From assembly GCF_007352635.1 (NCBI RefSeq), contig NZ_VKLU01000005.1, positions 443,940 to 507,939 of the forward strand: 64,000 nt of DNA, written 5' to 3'. Each line of letters begins with the position of its first letter. Position 1 is the first letter of the stretch. The DNA is from Corallococcus sp. Z5C101001. Lineage in GTDB: Bacteria > Myxococcota > Myxococcia > Myxococcales > Myxococcaceae. Under the pieces are notes generated by a model, which ran no database searches, was not told where the DNA came from, and worked only from the letters and a program-made list of their open reading frames with translations. Below, one piece after another: positions 28,481 through 37,658 of this stretch. A program made the translations under genes and the position numbers.

Positions 28481-30199
28481 CTAGCAGTCCACCGGCCCTT
28501 TCAAGCCAGTGACCGTGGCTTCGATTTCTTCACACCCGCCCAGCGTCTGGGCGCCGTGGGCCGCCAGCTTGATGCCCAGCACGTCCCCCACCGCGACGTC
28601 CGCCACGGAGCGCACCACCCCTCCGTCCTTCTGTCGGAACGTCACCGCGTAGCCGCGCGACATCACCTTCAATGGGCTGAGGGCGTCCAGCCGTCCCCCC
28701 AAACGTCCGAAATGCGTCTGCGCGGACGCGAGCGCCCCTCGCTGGAGCTCCAGGAGCCGCGAGCGGGCCAGCGCCACCCTCGCCCGCTCGGACGCCACCC
28801 GCGCCGTGGGCGAGGCCCGCTGCAGGCCCAGCCGCGCGTCCGCCAGCGCGCCCCGCCGCCGGGTCACCCCCGCGCGCGCCGCCTCCGACAGGCGCCTGGC
28901 CAGCTTGAGCAGGTGCGCGCGCTGCTCGGACAGCCGCGTCTGGGGCCGCGCGCGCTGCAGCCGCTCCTGGAGGGCCCGCAGCGTCTCCCGGTGCTCGCGC
29001 GTCCGGGGGCGCAGCACGCGCATCATGGCCTCCACCTGTTCCGACAGGTGCAGCCGCTGCTGGTTCACCGCGCGGCGCGGATCCGCGAGCCTCGCGCGCA
29101 GCTGTCCCTGGCGTTCGCGCAGCTCCAGCACCCGCCGCTCCATGGCGCGGCGCAGGCGCCCGGACTGCGTGGCCAGGGTCAGCTCCAGGTCCGCCAGCAC
29201 CGGCGCCAGCCGCTCCGCCGCCGCGCTGGGCGTGGGCGCGCGCAGGTCCGCGACGAAGTCCGCGATGGTGAAGTCAATCTCATGGCCGATGGCGGACACC
29301 ACCGGCACGGGCGAGGCGAAGATGGCGCGCGCCACCCGCTCCTCGTTGAACGTCCAGAGGTCCTCCACGGAGCCTCCGCCGCGCGTCACCACGATGACGT
29401 CCACGTCGGTGCGCGCGAGCCGCTCGATGGCCCGCGCCACGTCCTCCGCGGAGCCCTCGCCCTGCACGCGCGCGTCCGCGAGCAGCACGCCCAGCCGGGG
29501 GTTGCGCGAGTGCAGCACGCGCAGGAAGTCCTGGAGCGCCGCGCCGGTGCGGCTGGTGACGACGCCGATGCGCCGGGGCAGGAACGGCACCGGACGCGGA
29601 GGCCGCACGCGCCTGTCGCCGATGAGGCCCTCGGCCGCCAGCCGCTGCTTGAGCTGTTCGAACGCGAGCGCCAGCGCGCCCTCACCCACCGGCTCCAGCC
29701 GGGAGATGATGAGGCTGTAGCGGCCCTGCGGCTCGTACAGGTCCACGCTGCCCTCGGCCAGCACCTCCATGCCGTCGCGCAGCGCGAAGCGGATCCGCGC
29801 CGCCATGGACGCCCACACCTTCGCGTCGATGGAGGCGTCCACGTCCTTGAGCGTGAAGTACCAGTGGCCGCGCGCGTTGGCGCCCCGGAAGCTGGACACC
29901 TCGCCGCGCACCAGCACGCGCGGGAAGCGCGACTCCACCGTCTGTTTGATCTGCCGGGTGAGCTCTCCCACCGTCAGCACCGTGCGCTCGGGGCGCGGCG
30001 GCGGGAGCGGAGCGGAGGGCGGAGCCGGAGCGAGGTCCGCCTTCGGCGCGGGCGGAGGGGCCTCGGGCGTCTTCCTGCCAGAGGCGGAGGCCTTCGCCGG
30101 AGAGGCGGGGCGCAGGGGCGGCAGGAGCGACGTGCCGAAGAGGTCGCCCTGCCCCGGCTCGTCGGCCGGGGGCGGCTCCAGCCCCTTGCGCTTCTTCAT
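28481..30199 (-). CDS. xseA: Exodeoxyribonuclease VII large subunit (with ~100 aa low-complexity N-terminal extension)
   Basis: OB-fold plus catalytic core (TVGELTRQIKQTVESRFPRVLVRGEVSSFRG...IVVTRGGGSVEDLWTFNEE). Start at MKKRKG. ATGA overlap with the upstream FHA gene. Confidence 0.8.
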   Translation of the reverse strand: MKKRKGLEPPPADEPGQGDLFGTSLLPPLRPASPAKASASGRKTPEAPPPAPKADLAPAPPSAPLPPPRPERTVLTVGELTRQIKQTVESRFPRVLVRGEVSSFRGANARGHWYFTLKDVDASIDAKVWASMAARIRFALRDGMEVLAEGSVDLYEPQGRYSLIISRLEPVGEGALALAFEQLKQRLAAEGLIGDRRVRPPRPVPFLPRRIGVVTSRTGAALQDFLRVLHSRNPRLGVLLADARVQGEGSAEDVARAIERLARTDVDVIVVTRGGGSVEDLWTFNEERVARAIFASPVPVVSAIGHEIDFTIADFVADLRAPTPSAAAERLAPVLADLELTLATQSGRLRRAMERRVLELRERQGQLRARLADPRRAVNQQRLHLSEQVEAMMRVLRPRTREHRETLRALQERLQRARPQTRLSEQRAHLLKLARRLSEAARAGVTRRRGALADARLGLQRASPTARVASERARVALARSRLLELQRGALASAQTHFGRLGGRLDALSPLKVMSRGYAVTFRQKDGGVVRSVADVAVGDVLGIKLAAHGAQTLGGCEEIEATVTGLKGPVDC

Positions 30200-31950
30200 C
30201 GCGACAGCTTCTCGACCCAGCCCTGGGCCTTGCCGTGCAGCTCGTCGTCGGGCGGCGTCATCGCGACGACGTCGCGGAACTTGGGCAGCGCGTCCTCCGG
30301 GCTGGAGTCCTTGATGGCGTAGGCCTGGAAGTACAGGTCCTTCGCCTTGGCCTTGAGGTCGTTGACGATGTTGGCCGCGCCGGTGTGGGCCGGGTCGGCC
30401 TGGAGCGCGCGGCGTGCGAACTCCATCGCGCGAGACCACTGGCCGGCGGCCTTCGCGCCCGCGGCGCTCTTGTAATAGATGGTCGCCGCGCGGGTGCCCG
30501 CGTTGCGCGCCATCTTGCTGCCGCGGCCGTCGGTGATGTCCTTGTCCAGCGCCAGCAGCCGGCTCAGGCCCTTGGCGTCCAGGTCCTCCAGCTTCTTGTA
30601 GAGGTTCCCGAACTCCGTCACCTGCCCCATGAGCTGCTTGCACTGGGGTGCCTTGGCCGCGCACGCATTGAGGATGGCCACCGCGCCAGAGACGTCACCG
30701 TCGCGGAAGCGGTCCACCGCGGGCTCCCACGGCTTGGGAGCGGCGGCCACGCGGACGGGGTCCGGACGGGTCATGTCCGCGATGACGCGCGCGGCCTCGT
30801 CGTTGATCAGCTTGCCATCGCGGTGGTCCGGGAACGTCGCGAGCACGTCGTCGGTGATGGCCTTGGCCCGCTGCACCGCCTCCAGCTGCCGCATGTCCAG
30901 CTGCTGCTTGGCTTCCTTGGTGCGCTTGTCGGCGGCGTCCACCAGGTTCTTGCGCGCCGTCTTCACCTGCTCATAGAGCTGGGTGTCGCTGCTCACCTTG
31001 TCGATGGCCGCCTTCGCGTTGGCGAGCTCACCCTTGCCCAGGGCCGTCTGCGCGGTGGCCAGGTGCCCCTGGTTGGGGATCTCCCGCTCCGCCGCCTTCA
31101 GGTAGTCCTCCACGCCAGGGTAGTCCGGAGCCTGTGAGTGCAGCTCCTCCAGCTTCGCCTTGGCCTGCGCCCACTGGCCCTCGCGCACCAGGTTCTTGGC
31201 CTCCTGGAAGAGGCCCCCCAGCTGCTCGCGGTACTGGCGCTGCTCGGCCTCGATGCGGCCCTGCTCCTCCTGCTGGTGCCGCATGCGCGAGCGCGCGACG
31301 CCCAGGCCTGCGAAGAGCACCACCAGCACGCCCACGGCGGCGAGCTTGATCCGCATCCGCTTGCGCAGGACCTCCGGCGTCAGCTCCGCGGCCGCGGACG
31401 CGCGCGAGGTCTGCGGGCGCGAACGGCCTTCGCCTCGGGGAGCGGGACGGGCAGGCACCGCGCCGGAGCCGCGGCCACCCGCCGCGGACGGACGGGGACG
31501 CGGGCCGGAGGGGGCCTGCACCTTGGCGGTGCTGTTGGCGGTGTCCTCGTACCGCAGCTCGGAGTCGCCCAGCGTGATGACGTCGCCGTTGGCCAGCAGC
31601 GTCTCCTCGCTGATGGGCTCGCCGTTGAGGATGGTGCCGTTGCCCGACCCCATGTCACTGACCATCCAGCCAGCGGACTCCTTGCGCAGCGTCACGTGCT
31701 TGCGGGAGACGGACGTATCCTGGAGGCAGATGGGGTTGTCGGTGGACCGGCCGACCGTGTACTCGGCGTCGGAGAGCGCGAACTCCTCGCCCTCGCTGGG
31801 ACCGGCGATGACCACGAGCTTCGCGGGGCGTGCCGCGGCGGCACCGGCGGTCGACCGGCGGACCGGGGCGCGCTGCCCGGTCCCGGAGGAGGGCGTACCG
31901 GACGTAGGCCTTCGGCGGGCGGGAGGAGGGGCGTTCGACATGGATTTCAC
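30196..31950 (-). CDS. Bitopic membrane protein: cytoplasmic FHA domain, one TM helix, periplasmic TPR-like/coiled-coil domain
   Basis: FHA signature ...YTVGRSTDNPICLQDTSVSRKHVTLRKE...GSGNGTILNG. TM segment IKLAAVGVLVVLFAGLGVA. ~370 aa alpha-helical C-terminal domain. Stop overlaps the xseA start. Confidence 0.7.
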   Translation of the reverse strand: MKSMSNAPPPARRRPTSGTPSSGTGQRAPVRRSTAGAAAARPAKLVVIAGPSEGEEFALSDAEYTVGRSTDNPICLQDTSVSRKHVTLRKESAGWMVSDMGSGNGTILNGEPISEETLLANGDVITLGDSELRYEDTANSTAKVQAPSGPRPRPSAAGGRGSGAVPARPAPRGEGRSRPQTSRASAAAELTPEVLRKRMRIKLAAVGVLVVLFAGLGVARSRMRHQQEEQGRIEAEQRQYREQLGGLFQEAKNLVREGQWAQAKAKLEELHSQAPDYPGVEDYLKAAEREIPNQGHLATAQTALGKGELANAKAAIDKVSSDTQLYEQVKTARKNLVDAADKRTKEAKQQLDMRQLEAVQRAKAITDDVLATFPDHRDGKLINDEAARVIADMTRPDPVRVAAAPKPWEPAVDRFRDGDVSGAVAILNACAAKAPQCKQLMGQVTEFGNLYKKLEDLDAKGLSRLLALDKDITDGRGSKMARNAGTRAATIYYKSAAGAKAAGQWSRAMEFARRALQADPAHTGAANIVNDLKAKAKDLYFQAYAIKDSSPEDALPKFRDVVAMTPPDDELHGKAQGWVEKLSR

Positions 31951-31977
31951 CGCGTCCTACTGAGGGGGGCACAAGCC

Positions 31978-34900
31978 CTAAAGCTCATGCTCATAGGCTT
32001 TTTCCAGCGCGAGATTGTGGCAGCGATGCTCGGTGGTAGGGAAGCGTCTCCGTACGTCTTCCAAGGTCGCGACCGCATCGCGTCGGCTGCGGAACTGAAC
32101 CGCCCGCTGGAATTGCATCATCAACTGACCGCAGCGGTGGTCCAGCTCCGTTGAAATCTGGGAGATCCGCTCCCGTACGTCCTCGTACAGGTCCGGCTTC
32201 TCGTCGAGCGCTTCCAGGGTGATCCACGCGGCCCGGTACTCCCGCCACGCCTTGAAGAGGTTCTCCGCGCCCACATCCTTGAGCTCGTAGAACCGGGCTC
32301 CCGCCCGCGCGGACTCCCGAGCCGAAGCGACCAGCTGATCCGGCGGCGCCTCGGGTACCGGGATGATCTCCAGCCGGAGGTTCCAGATGCGCCACCGCTC
32401 ACGGCCGGGCGGATTCAGGGCGTTGTCGAAGAGGAGCTGGTTGTTCGCGTTGCGGCGCAGGAGGCTGGGGGGAAGGACCTGCTCCAGCTCGCGCTCGGCG
32501 GTCTGGGCCGTGTCGGGAGGGACCCAGCCCAGGGACACGCCGTTGAGGGAGAGGTTCACCTCATCCCGGGAGATGTCACTCGCCTGGTAGTGCAGCACGG
32601 CCACCGCGCGTGTGGGGGACACGAAGCGGAAGTCGAAGAGCTTGTCGTCGGCGTGGGCCCAACGCACGCCATCGCCCAGGCCGAAGGAGTCCGTCACCGG
32701 CTCCAACCCCAGCTTGAACGGCTCACGGCCCGGGAGCCGGAGGCCCGCGGGGGCCACGGAGACCAGGAGGGCCAGCAACGCCAGCACGCTCAACACCCCG
32801 AGCGACGCGAAGCCGATGCGCCGAGGCAGCGACTGACGCTGCCAGAAGAGGAGGAACTTGCCATGCAACGACCGGCCCAGCTGACGCCGCTGCCGGGCCT
32901 TGTCGGCGGCGGATGAGGGCGCGACCTTCGCGACGACGGTGATGGGTCCCGCGGGCACGGGCTGCGAGGAGGAAGCCTCCAGGTCGTTGACGGGCTCCGT
33001 GGTGTCGCCATCCGCCTCTGGTCGAGGATGGAGCGCCAGCGGGCGGACCTCGCCCGGTAGCAGCCCGGGATCCAGCACCGCGGGCGAAGCGCCCGGAGGC
33101 CGGCGCACGAAGGTCACCGGATCCGGCGGAGGGGGCGGAACCGACGACCCCCAGGCGGCCGACGGTGGCACACCACCCTGGTCGCGGCCGACCGCGGTCA
33201 CCAGCTCGGGCGAGTCGGGCTCGGCGGGCGAGCCCCAGGACGACGGTGACACACCGCCCTGGTCGCGGCCGACCGCCGTCACCAGCTCGGGCGAGTCGGG
33301 CTCGGCGGGCGAGCCCCAGGACGACGGTGGCACACCGCCCTGGTTGCGGCCGACCGCGGTCACCAGCTCGGGCGAGTCGGGCTCGGCGGGCGAGCCCCAG
33401 GACGACGGTGGCACACCGCCCTGGTCGCGGCCCACGAATGTCACCGGCTCTGGCGAAGGGGGCCCAACGGGCGCACCCCAGGCCGACGGGGGAGCCAACG
33501 CGGGGGGCCTGGCCCCAGGCTCATCCTGGCCCACGAAGGTCACCAGCTCTTCGGCCTCCGCGGGAGGGCCGGAGGGGACTTCGTCGTCCTGACCCACGAA
33601 GGTCGCCGGCTCATCGGTGCCGTTCGTGGGCAGGGCCCCGCTGTGGCGTACGGGCGGAGCGACGAGCGGGCTGACGGGAGTGATGGGCCGGAGGTCGAGC
33701 ATGGTCCGCTCCTCCGGCTCATCCATCGTCGATGCGGGGAGCATGGACGGGGCGATGTGCGGGGACGGCTCGGCGACGAGGGATGGGACGTCCGGCGTCG
33801 CCGGGATCGCCATCAGCGTGCGTTCCTCGGGTTCATCGAATCCCGCGAGGGGCAGTTCCGGTGGTGGCGGGAAGCCGGGCTCCGGCGATTCCACGGTGGG
33901 AATCGCCATCAGCGTGCGCTCCTCGGGTTCGTCCGGATCCACCGGGGACAGATCCACGGGAGAAGTCAGGAGGCCGGCGACAGGGGCCTCCCAACCGCGG
34001 GGCGCGGAAGCAGGAGGAGGCGCCTGGGGTGGAGCGACCGGCTGCGGAGGCACGGCGGCCACGACGTTCCGGGGTTCCGGCGTGCGGCCCTGGGTCGGAG
34101 TCGAAGCCGCCGGTACGTTCCTTCGCGGTGCGGACGAGGGCGAAGCAGCGCTGTCCGCGTCACGAGGTTCAGAGAGCGTCGCCGTCGAGGACGCGCGTGC
34201 GGCGCCACGCCCCAGATCGGGACGATTGAGCGCGGGTGCGCCGACCTCGGGCAAGCCAGGGATGGCCTTTCGCCGAGGGGACGCTCCTGGCTGAGGAGGG
34301 CCCGACACAGCAGCGCCGAGCACGGGAGGCTTCGGCAGGACAGGCGCGGCGGAGGCTCCCACCCCGGACACTTCCAGCGCCGTGGAACGGGCCTGCGCGG
34401 CGACCCCGGCTGGAACAACCGCCAACGACGGACTCCTGCCCGCCGACGAGGCCGCGCCCAGCCCGCCTCCCGACGAGGAGGACCTCCCCGGTGTCGAAGC
34501 GCCGACCGGCTGCGGACCTGGTGCGGAGGGCCTTCCCGATGACGAGCCATCGACGGCTGGCGATCCAGGCCCCGAGGCCCGGGCCTCGGAGGCTCCCCCC
34601 GGAGCAGGCGCAACCGGTCCCCTGTTTGGCGAGGAAGCCCCCAGGATCGGAGGCCCAACGGTGGCCTTGTTCGACGTGGGCGCATCGACCGCGGGCAAAC
34701 CTGACGCCGACGCCTTCCCCGAACCGGGCCCCAACACAGGAGGCCCCACGGGAGCACGTCCCGATACCGTGGCTCCCGACATCGACGCTCCCGGCGAGGA
34801 AGCCCCCAGCATGGGAGGTCCCACGGGAGGACGCCCCGATACGGTGGCCCCCGACATCGACGCTCCCGGCGCGGAAGCCCCCAATACGGGAGGCCCCCCA

Positions 34901-35724
34901 GGAACGCGTCCTGGCGCGGACGCACCTGCCGCAGCAGAGCCCGAAGCCCCCAGCACCGGAGGTCCCGCGGGAGCACGTCCCGCCGCGGACGCGCCTGCCG
35001 CAGCAGAGCCCGAAGCCCCCAACACGGGACCACCCGTCGGTGCCCGATTGGCCGTGGACGTACCCGCGGACGGAGGACCCGAAGCCCCCAACACGGGACC
35101 ACCCGTCGGTGCCCGATTGGCCGTGGACGTACCCGCCGAAGCTCCCGGACCCCCCCCCCCCATCGAGGGAGCGCCCGTGGGTGCCCTGTTCGGCGTCGCG
35201 GCGCCTGCCCCTGGTTGAGCCGGAGTGGGAGCACCGACCGCCGGAAGATCCGGAGCGGAGGGGCGCTTGGGCGGCGGCACCCGGACCTCGGGCTGCTTCG
35301 GCGTGGCGGGCGGAGCTTCCGACATCGCCCCACCCTTCGCGGCGGGCACGGCCATCCCGGGCCTCGGCGCGAACGCCGGACGCGCCATCGCGGGCATGGA
35401 CTGCTGGTAGCTCGTGGGCGCCGCTTCGATCTCCGCGAGCGCGGCCTGCTCCACGCCCTGGGGCGACACCCGTGCGTGCGGCGGCGCGAGCACCCTGCGG
35501 ATGGGCCGGGTCACATCGTCATCGTCGTCCGGCGGCATCCACACGAAGGTGAACTCCACCGGTCCGACGGTGATGCGATCCCCGTCACGCAGCTGCTTCT
35601 CGCCCGCCAGCGGCTGGCCGTTGAGCTGCGTGCCGTTCGCGCTGCCTACGTCCTCGGCGAAGTAGCGCCCATCCCGCGCCGTGATGCGTGCATGCCGCCG
35701 GGAGACACCATGGTCATGCAGCAC
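31978..35724 (-). CDS. Giant bitopic FHA-domain protein with repeat-rich Pro/Ala/Gly disordered region, one TM helix and periplasmic C-terminal domain (5' end uncertain: FHA fold extends upstream of the first canonical start)
   Basis: FHA ...IGRTSENDLVLHDHGVSRRHARITARDG...GSANGTQLNG. >700 aa low-complexity region with tandem repeats. TM IGFASLGVLSVLALLALLVSVA. ~280 aa C-terminal domain. In-frame reading is open to ~35931 but no ATG/GTG/TTG lies upstream of 35724. Confidence 0.65.
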   Translation of the reverse strand: MLHDHGVSRRHARITARDGRYFAEDVGSANGTQLNGQPLAGEKQLRDGDRITVGPVEFTFVWMPPDDDDDVTRPIRRVLAPPHARVSPQGVEQAALAEIEAAPTSYQQSMPAMARPAFAPRPGMAVPAAKGGAMSEAPPATPKQPEVRVPPPKRPSAPDLPAVGAPTPAQPGAGAATPNRAPTGAPSMGGGGPGASAGTSTANRAPTGGPVLGASGPPSAGTSTANRAPTGGPVLGASGSAAAGASAAGRAPAGPPVLGASGSAAAGASAPGRVPGGPPVLGASAPGASMSGATVSGRPPVGPPMLGASSPGASMSGATVSGRAPVGPPVLGPGSGKASASGLPAVDAPTSNKATVGPPILGASSPNRGPVAPAPGGASEARASGPGSPAVDGSSSGRPSAPGPQPVGASTPGRSSSSGGGLGAASSAGRSPSLAVVPAGVAAQARSTALEVSGVGASAAPVLPKPPVLGAAVSGPPQPGASPRRKAIPGLPEVGAPALNRPDLGRGAARASSTATLSEPRDADSAASPSSAPRRNVPAASTPTQGRTPEPRNVVAAVPPQPVAPPQAPPPASAPRGWEAPVAGLLTSPVDLSPVDPDEPEERTLMAIPTVESPEPGFPPPPELPLAGFDEPEERTLMAIPATPDVPSLVAEPSPHIAPSMLPASTMDEPEERTMLDLRPITPVSPLVAPPVRHSGALPTNGTDEPATFVGQDDEVPSGPPAEAEELVTFVGQDEPGARPPALAPPSAWGAPVGPPSPEPVTFVGRDQGGVPPSSWGSPAEPDSPELVTAVGRNQGGVPPSSWGSPAEPDSPELVTAVGRDQGGVSPSSWGSPAEPDSPELVTAVGRDQGGVPPSAAWGSSVPPPPPDPVTFVRRPPGASPAVLDPGLLPGEVRPLALHPRPEADGDTTEPVNDLEASSSQPVPAGPITVVAKVAPSSAADKARQRRQLGRSLHGKFLLFWQRQSLPRRIGFASLGVLSVLALLALLVSVAPAGLRLPGREPFKLGLEPVTDSFGLGDGVRWAHADDKLFDFRFVSPTRAVAVLHYQASDISRDEVNLSLNGVSLGWVPPDTAQTAERELEQVLPPSLLRRNANNQLLFDNALNPPGRERWRIWNLRLEIIPVPEAPPDQLVASARESARAGARFYELKDVGAENLFKAWREYRAAWITLEALDEKPDLYEDVRERISQISTELDHRCGQLMMQFQRAVQFRSRRDAVATLEDVRRRFPTTEHRCHNLALEKAYEHEL
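33161..33440. repeat. 81-bp tandem repeat (3 full copies plus a diverged partial 4th) inside the giant FHA gene
   Basis: Near-identical units gacggtgg/acacaccrccctggtcgcggccgaccgcsgtcaccagctcgggcgagtcgggctcggcgggcgagccccaggac. Encode the 27-aa repeat GSPAEPDSPELVTAVGR[ND]QGGV[PS]PSSW. Confidence 0.8.
34690..35160. repeat. Degenerate tandem repeats (~51-54 bp) encoding Gly/Ala/Pro-rich ~17-aa units
   Basis: Protein repeats of the form GAS..AG.STANRAPTGGPVLGAS / ...GRAPVGPPVLG. Corresponding DNA periodicity visible (ggaggccccacgggagcacgtcc...). Confidence 0.6.
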
Positions 35725-35830
35725 CAGGTCATTCTCCGAGGTCCGGCCGATCTTGACCTCGGCCTGCTCGAAGGCGAGCTCCCGTCCAACCTGGAGCCCC
35801 TGGGTGATGGTGAGCAGGATGGGCAGAGGA

Positions 35831-36721
35831 CTAGCCCCCGACGTTCCCGAACATGAACTGGAACACGATGGGCCCGAAGAGCACCATGAACACCGTCGGG
35901 AAGATGCAGGCGATGAGCGGGAAGAGCATCTTCACCGGCGCCTCGCCGGCCAGCTTCTCCGCGCGCTGCGTGCGGTCGATGCGCATCTGCGTGGACTGGA
36001 TGCGCAGCACCTTGCCCAGGCTCGTGCCCATCTTGTCCGCCTGGATCAGCGCCGTGACGAAGGTCGTCAACGACGGCAGGTCCACGCGAGCAATCATGCT
36101 CTTGAGCCCTTCCTCACGCGTCTTGCCCATCTTGAGCTGCTTGAGCACCAGCTGCAGCTCCTCGCGCAGCGGCCCCTGGCGGCCCTTCTCCACCACCTTC
36201 GCGAGCGCACCCGTGAAGTCCATGCCCGCTTCCACCGACAGCGTGAGCAGGTCCAGGTTGTACGGAAGCGCGCGGCTGATGGCCAGGTGGCGGCGCTTCA
36301 CCTGATCGTTCAACCAGATGAGCGGATAGAAGAGCCCCAGCAGCATCACCAGCAGCGACCAGGCCAGGTTGCCGCCAAGGCCGTTGACGACGAAGAGGCC
36401 CGCCAGCAGGGCAAAGAAGGCGCTGACTTCCTGCAGCGCCATGATGTCCTCGGGCTTGTACTGCGACGGCTCGCCCGCCTTGATCAGCTTGCGGCGCGTC
36501 TTGGACTCGTAGCCCGGCCACATGAAGCGCCGGTTCATCGCGCCCAGCTTGCGGACGGCGACGGAGCCCGCGCCCTTCACGCCACCCGCGGACTCGTCAC
36601 GTACCTCCGTGAGGAAGCGTTCGAGGACGTTGGTGTAGAGGCCGACGCCCAGGAACGCCACCGCGCCCGCAGTGAGCAGTGCCGAGCCGCCCATCAGCAA
36701 GAATGTCAGGAAATCCTGCAC
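35831..36721 (-). CDS. tadC: Tad/Flp pilus inner-membrane platform protein TadC (T2SS-F domain)
   Basis: 296 aa. T2SSF-like region ...LPYNLDLLTLSVEAGMDFTGAL..., three TM segments. Adjacent to tadB. Confidence 0.8.
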   Translation of the reverse strand: MQDFLTFLLMGGSALLTAGAVAFLGVGLYTNVLERFLTEVRDESAGGVKGAGSVAVRKLGAMNRRFMWPGYESKTRRKLIKAGEPSQYKPEDIMALQEVSAFFALLAGLFVVNGLGGNLAWSLLVMLLGLFYPLIWLNDQVKRRHLAISRALPYNLDLLTLSVEAGMDFTGALAKVVEKGRQGPLREELQLVLKQLKMGKTREEGLKSMIARVDLPSLTTFVTALIQADKMGTSLGKVLRIQSTQMRIDRTQRAEKLAGEAPVKMLFPLIACIFPTVFMVLFGPIVFQFMFGNVGG

Positions 36722-36734
36722 GGTGCGCCTCGAT

Positions 36735-37580
36735 TCAGATGTCGATGTTGACGATGCGCCGGATGATGAGGATGCCCATGATCTCCATGATGGCGATGAT
36801 GGTCACCAGGATGTAGCCGAAGATGTGATTCATCATCGGCTCCATCAGGTCCGGACGCATGTAGTTGAGGACCAGGCCCAGCACCGCAGGCATGGCCGCG
36901 ACGATCCACCCTTGAAGCTTTCCCTGGGACGTCAGCGCGTCGATCTTGCCTTCCAGACGGAAGCGCTCGCGGATCACCGTGGAGATGGTCTCGAACATCT
37001 CCGCCATGTTGCCGCCCAGCTGGCGCGCGATGTTGGTGGACACCACCACCAGCTCCAGGTCATCGCTGCCCACCCGGCGGCCCATGTTGACGAGCGCCTC
37101 TTCCAGGGGAACGCCCAGCTTCACTTCCTTCACGAAGAGGCCGAACTCCTGCGACAGGGGCGGCATCGCCTCGCGCGCCACGTGCTCGATGGCCTGCGGG
37201 AACGTGAGACCCGCCTTGAACGCGTTGGCCATGGCCTGCAGCGCGTCCACCAGCTGCACGTTGAACTTCTTGATGCGGCGCGTGCGGTAGTGCTTCACGA
37301 GCAGCATCGGCAGGAAGAAGCCGAAGATGGTCGCCAGCACCGCCAGGATGGGGTTGAAGACGATGTAGCTGAGGATGCCCAGGAGGCACATGCACGCGAT
37401 GTTGAGGATCAACATCTGCCGCGCGTCGATGAAGAGGAACATGTCGCTCAAGTCGTTCATCGACTTGGCGACGTAGCGCTCCTGGTACTGCTCATACGCC
37501 TTCGACAGGACGCTGAAGATCACCAGGCTGAAGAAGAACACCGAGCCGGTGACGAGAAGGAGGACGATACCTGCGAGCAT
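36735..37580 (-). CDS. tadB: Tad/Flp pilus inner-membrane platform protein TadB (T2SS-F domain)
   Basis: 281 aa. T2SSF fold (...LVDALQAMANAFKAGLTFPQAIEHVAREAMPPLSQEF...), N- and C-terminal TM helices. Confidence 0.8.
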   Translation of the reverse strand: MLAGIVLLLVTGSVFFFSLVIFSVLSKAYEQYQERYVAKSMNDLSDMFLFIDARQMLILNIACMCLLGILSYIVFNPILAVLATIFGFFLPMLLVKHYRTRRIKKFNVQLVDALQAMANAFKAGLTFPQAIEHVAREAMPPLSQEFGLFVKEVKLGVPLEEALVNMGRRVGSDDLELVVVSTNIARQLGGNMAEMFETISTVIRERFRLEGKIDALTSQGKLQGWIVAAMPAVLGLVLNYMRPDLMEPMMNHIFGYILVTIIAIMEIMGILIIRRIVNIDI

Positions 37581-37658
37581 GGGCGCGAATCCCCGGGGGA
37601 AGAGGGAGGGGTCGGCGGGGCCGCTTCACCCGTGAGGGAAGCGGCCCCACGCGGCGGA

